Shown one piece after another: positions 24,890 through 28,821 of a DNA stretch of 28,821 nt (its first letter is position 1; each line of letters opens with the position of its first letter). Source of the DNA: Candidatus Helarchaeota archaeon. GTDB taxonomy: Archaea > Asgardarchaeota > Lokiarchaeia > Helarchaeales > RDOG01. A program made the translations under genes and the position numbers. The stretch is taken from positions 1-28,821 of the forward strand of contig JALGVI010000037.1 of NCBI GenBank assembly GCA_029838215.1, given 5' to 3'. The notes below the pieces were generated by a model, which had not been told where the DNA came from, ran no database searches, and saw only the letters and a list, made by a program, of their open reading frames with translations.

Positions 24890-26941
24890 ATGAATTCGAA
24901 GAGATGGACACGAAAACTCAAAGGAGAGTTTTATACTAAGCCTCATGTAGTAGATTTCATCGTGCAAAATACTGTTGATGCGTGTATAAACAATCAAGCC
25001 CATCTTTTGAAGCAACATGCAAGAAAAAATAATGTAAAAAATATGGGAAAAACGCTTGAAACCGTGTTGAACGTTAAGATCTTGGACCCCGCCTGTGGTG
25101 ATGGTGTTTTTTTAGAAAGATGCTTGGCATCTTTTCAAAAATTCTATCAAACCTACAATCGAATTCTTGAAAATGGTAGATTTTCTTCTTTGATGCCAAT
25201 AGAATTTCCGTATTTAACGGCACTTGTTAATAATATTCACGGTATAGACAATGATCCCGACGCGGTAATAGAATGCAAAAAAAGATTTAAAATATTCGAG
25301 GCAGGAAATGTTCCTGAAGCGATTGTAGAGAAAATCCTGGAGATGAATATAAAACAGGGTCATTCTTTAATTCCCGGCATTAATGGCTTGAATATTTCCG
25401 ATCTTCCCAATGAAGGAAAATCGGTCATTATTCTGAGAAAACAGTTGAAAAACGTCCAGATCCACAACCAATTCGATGATTTCATAAAAATCCACGATGA
25501 ATTATTGAAAAACAAGAAGATCATGAAAAAAAAATTGATTTCTCGGGTTTTAAAGGATGAATTTGATGCAGAAACTTCTTTTAATCCTTTTTTTTGGAAT
25601 CTTGAATTTCCGGAGATAATAAATAGCGGTGGTTTTGATTTTATTGTTGGCAACCCGCCCTACATTCGCGTTCATAAACAAGATAAGCGCACAAAGAGCT
25701 TCTTGCAAAAAAATTACTTCGTTGCGAAATATGATTTTGATATTTATGTTTGTTTTATTGAGTTATCCTTGCATCTGTTGAAACAACACGGAATTTTATC
25801 TTTTATTACCTCAGATAAATTCCTTTCCCGGCGGTATGGAAAGAAGTTAAGAACTCTAATCTTAAATAATGCGATCTTGCAAGAATTCGTGGACATTTCT
25901 CGATGTCCCGATAGCTTTACGGTAAATACCTATCCCATCATCTTTCGACTGAAGAAAATGACCGGTGAAATAATCAAAACGTCAAATATCGTTTCGGTTT
26001 ATAATAACGAGATCTTGATACATTGCGTGAAAAATTCAGCAGAAAGTGGTTTAAGGGCTTTAAAAGATAAAATTGGAACAGGAGACATCAGTAGTGGAAC
26101 AATAAATCAGGAATTATTTTATGAGAATCCAAACATGGAATTTAGATTGAATTTCGGACCACTTACAAGCTTGATGAATGATAAGATTGATTCATTTCCA
26201 AAGTTGAAAAAAGTCGTTCAAAAACAACAGTTATATTGTGGTACACCCCGCGCGAAAGATTATCATGGCTGGAAGAAAAACATAGTTGAAAAACCAACAG
26301 TAAAACAGCCATCATTGAGATTTTTGGTCTGCAGGAACATAACCCCATATGCCATTAATTTTGGAATTCCTATTAATGCTTTTCATCAAAAATATTCAAC
26401 ACCCTATTTCATCTTTAGTGAAGATTCCATGACAACAGACCGATGGAAAAAATTTAAAACAGTCCCAAAAATCCTTATTCGAGGAAACGACACGCGCATT
26501 ACCGCTGCACTCGATGACGAAGGTTCAGTATTCATTGGCATGTATGGCATGATTCAACGAGAATTTGACCCTCGATATTTAATCGGAATATTAAATTCGC
26601 GGTTAATAAATGCATATTTTTTTGATAGGAATCCTTCGATACGCATAAGAGGTAACTTTTTTTCAATAAATAGCTCGCACCTCTTTGACCTTCCCATTGT
26701 TTTACCTAATCGTGAACAAGAAATGCACCTTAGCCGGATGGTTCAGGAGATGATGACTATTTGTCAAGAAGAATATAAAACAGGCTTTAATGATGAAAAA
26801 ACAATAATCTTGAAGTCTAAGATAGAATTGGACGAAGAAATTAATCAAGCAGTTTTTGATCTTTATGATATTTCCAATTCCGAACGAGAATTAATAAAAA
26901 AGACAATAAAAAACATTCCAAGAATGCAGATAAATGTTTAA
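24890..26941 (+). CDS. N6-adenine DNA methyltransferase, gamma class (Eco57I/TaqI-like) with C-terminal target-recognition domain
   Basis: GEFYTKPHVV, ILDPACGDGVFL, HGIDND, FFWNLEFPEI, GFDFIVGNPPY, FITSDKFL, KILIR, YLIGILNSRLI. Start placed at ATG 24890. Confidence 0.92.
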   Translation: MNSKRWTRKLKGEFYTKPHVVDFIVQNTVDACINNQAHLLKQHARKNNVKNMGKTLETVLNVKILDPACGDGVFLERCLASFQKFYQTYNRILENGRFSSLMPIEFPYLTALVNNIHGIDNDPDAVIECKKRFKIFEAGNVPEAIVEKILEMNIKQGHSLIPGINGLNISDLPNEGKSVIILRKQLKNVQIHNQFDDFIKIHDELLKNKKIMKKKLISRVLKDEFDAETSFNPFFWNLEFPEIINSGGFDFIVGNPPYIRVHKQDKRTKSFLQKNYFVAKYDFDIYVCFIELSLHLLKQHGILSFITSDKFLSRRYGKKLRTLILNNAILQEFVDISRCPDSFTVNTYPIIFRLKKMTGEIIKTSNIVSVYNNEILIHCVKNSAESGLRALKDKIGTGDISSGTINQELFYENPNMEFRLNFGPLTSLMNDKIDSFPKLKKVVQKQQLYCGTPRAKDYHGWKKNIVEKPTVKQPSLRFLVCRNITPYAINFGIPINAFHQKYSTPYFIFSEDSMTTDRWKKFKTVPKILIRGNDTRITAALDDEGSVFIGMYGMIQREFDPRYLIGILNSRLINAYFFDRNPSIRIRGNFFSINSSHLFDLPIVLPNREQEMHLSRMVQEMMTICQEEYKTGFNDEKTIILKSKIELDEEINQAVFDLYDISNSERELIKKTIKNIPRMQINV

Positions 26942-26960
26942 AGGTTTATTAAGCAAATAT

Positions 26961-28106
26961 TTAGCCATACAACGCCTTTCTCATCAAGTCTGCAGCTAGT
27001 TCTTTGATTTCTTCGACAGCGATATATCGATCATTCACGTCTGTTGCATTATGAATCTCATATACGGCCTTTTTTGCTCTTGAAATAAATTCTTCCAGTA
27101 ATTTGGGATGAATGTCAGTAAGCATTGCATCATACCTGGCAAATGGAATGGCAGCCCGAAACGCTCCTGATCCGCCAACGATCCCTTGCCAATGAGTTAC
27201 CAAAACATCAATTTCTTCAATTTGTTGCGAGATTACCAGCCAATCGAATAGCTGTTTAATGCGGACTTTTTTCTTTGCTTTTTCCATTATTTTGGTAATG
27301 CGATCGAGTCGTTCAGGATGTATTCTTTCGATAATGTCAAGCTCTTCAGCCAGATCATCAGGATTTATTTTCACCTTTTCCAACTTTTTACGAATGATTC
27401 CTAAGAATTTCTTTGCTTCTTCCTTACGTTTTTTCAGGAGCTCGCTGGCCTCACGAAGTGCTTCGTCAGTCGAAACCCGTTCGGGTTGTTCTTGAGTGTC
27501 TTCTTCAGTATCAGGGGGAGCAGATGGAAGAAAAGGGACTGGTTCAGGTTCGGAAATCCCATTCATGGGCGTGACAGGAGGGACTGGCTCATCGGGAATA
27601 TCTGGATGAATTGTTCTTGGGGATGGAACGGCAACCACCCTATTACTTTCTTCAGGTGGAATGTATGGGGGAGGTCTTATTCCAAGTGCAATTTCTAAAT
27701 GATTTAGCGACATCTGACTATATTCAATTAGTTTATTTATGTCTTTTTCGTCTCTAAGTCGTTTCTCGATTTCATTTCTCAAGTCATGACCGATGAAATC
27801 TCCGATTATTCCTGCCATTATCCCGGCAATGATGTCTTCTCTCTCATCATAAGCATCAGGCATTACAGAAACGCTAGCCGCCGCTTCTTGTAATTTTCGC
27901 AATATTTCATCCTGATTATCCGTAGAATTCAATATTTCTACAATATCTGACGGTGGCACGTTGGAATCTTGAAATAAATACCCAAAAATCAAATCTAAAG
28001 CATCAACAGAGAGAGTAAATAATTTCCGAGGATCAACCTGCCTGTTTAATTTTTCAGCAATAGCCGGAACGATGTCATTTTTAAGAGAAACTTCATAAGA
28101 ATCCAT
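26961..28106 (-). CDS. Hypothetical protein: helical N- and C-terminal domains joined by a Pro/acidic linker containing PPPY and PSAP
   Basis: 381-aa open frame with protein-like composition; linker RPPPYIPP...EPVPPVTP...LPSAPPDTEED. Confidence 0.8.
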   Translation of the reverse strand: MDSYEVSLKNDIVPAIAEKLNRQVDPRKLFTLSVDALDLIFGYLFQDSNVPPSDIVEILNSTDNQDEILRKLQEAAASVSVMPDAYDEREDIIAGIMAGIIGDFIGHDLRNEIEKRLRDEKDINKLIEYSQMSLNHLEIALGIRPPPYIPPEESNRVVAVPSPRTIHPDIPDEPVPPVTPMNGISEPEPVPFLPSAPPDTEEDTQEQPERVSTDEALREASELLKKRKEEAKKFLGIIRKKLEKVKINPDDLAEELDIIERIHPERLDRITKIMEKAKKKVRIKQLFDWLVISQQIEEIDVLVTHWQGIVGGSGAFRAAIPFARYDAMLTDIHPKLLEEFISRAKKAVYEIHNATDVNDRYIAVEEIKELAADLMRKALYG

Positions 28107-28420
28107 TATTTCGACCTCGAGACGAATACATGTGGAAATCTATCGTGCAAACTTCACCTTCAAGTTGATGTGATTATAAATATCATGACTAAATATAAAT
28201 TGAAAGTATTAATAAAATAAAAAATTTATTTCACAAGAGATCGTTAGCATCAGCATGCGATTGAAGTATATCAATGATTTAAACCATTACATTAAATTGT
28301 TTCAAAAATGTCCAAGAACACTTCATATACTTTTGGATCCTGCCTTGAATCAACTGCAGGTCATTCTTTTTTATGAAAAAAGAGAATTGCTAACGAATGA
28401 TGAAATTTTTTTTCTTCCCA

Positions 28421-28806
28421 TTACGTCTCGTCTGCAAAAAGATGAAAGAATTTCCTCTTTGTCCATAGATCTGCCATGTCAATTGTTATATTATTTTTAA
28501 ACAAGAGCATAATGAAAAATAAGTCCAAAATCTGAAGATAAAAGTCTTTTAGATAATCAATATCTACAAAAGGAAAGTTCAATTCAAGATGATTATAGAG
28601 ATCTATTCTCATTCCAATTATCTACATTAAAAAAAGTTTTGCCTGTAATTTGAAATTGCAATCCTATCCTTTCATGAAAATTGTGGAAAAAAAGCCCGGT
28701 ATTACGGTATTAAATCAGAATCTAAAGAGCTAATTTCATTGTCGTTTATATTCTTATGAAACAATAATTGACCGCCTTTTTTTAATGCATAAACGTCATA
28801 AAACAT
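28421..28806 (-). pseudogene. Decayed longin-like gene
   Basis: ATG 28806 after GGAG reads MFYDVYALKKGGQLLFHKNINDNEISSLDSDLIP then stops at 28702-28704, inside an 8-bp duplication. Removing one copy gives DLIPGFFSTIF, matching the longin alpha1 pattern; further stops and shifts follow. Confidence 0.45.
28697..28712. repeat. 8-bp tandem duplication CGGTATTA-CGGTATTA
   Basis: Read directly; creates the TAA that truncates the longin-like frame. Confidence 0.9.
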
Positions 28807-28821
28807 ACTATCTTCTCCAGC

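Noticed and set aside
28255-28500. + strand 81-aa ORF
   Set aside because: No recognisable motif or SD, and it overlaps the decayed minus-strand gene; it cannot be supported.
28649-28662. TTTGAAATTGCAAT, reminiscent of archaeal CRISPR repeat ends
   Set aside because: It is a single copy with no periodic repeats, spacers or cas genes.

Overview
This is an archaeal genomic segment, almost certainly Asgard (Lokiarchaeia/Promethearchaeota-like), judged from a canonical TFB and a roadblock-Rab-like GTPase fusion. Left to right it holds: (1) a partial beta-class DNA methyltransferase missing from the ORF track; (2) a four-gene class I benzoyl-CoA reductase / 2-hydroxyacyl-CoA dehydratase-type operon with two different activators and an SCP2-like gene; (3) nitroreductase, PK_C-domain, TPR/Lys-tail, winged-helix and ADP-forming acyl-CoA synthetase alpha genes; (4) a poorly annotatable regulatory cluster (HExxH protein, single cyclin/TFB-repeat protein, wHTH, Zn-finger-HTH, AbrB-VapC) ending in tfb; (5) the roadblock-GTPase; (6) fixCX; (7) a flavoprotein / Fe-S / flavoprotein operon; (8) a split Cwh43/PGAP2IP-like membrane + EEP pair; (9) a solitary gamma-class methyltransferase; (10) a Pro-rich protein with PPPY and PSAP motifs; (11) a decayed longin-like gene. 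I saw no rRNA, tRNA, CRISPR array or transposase. The best candidates for undescribed biology are the half-TFB regulatory cluster (10.3-15.1 kb), the late-domain-motif protein and the split Cwh43-like pair. All family calls come from motif recognition by eye; no database search was run.
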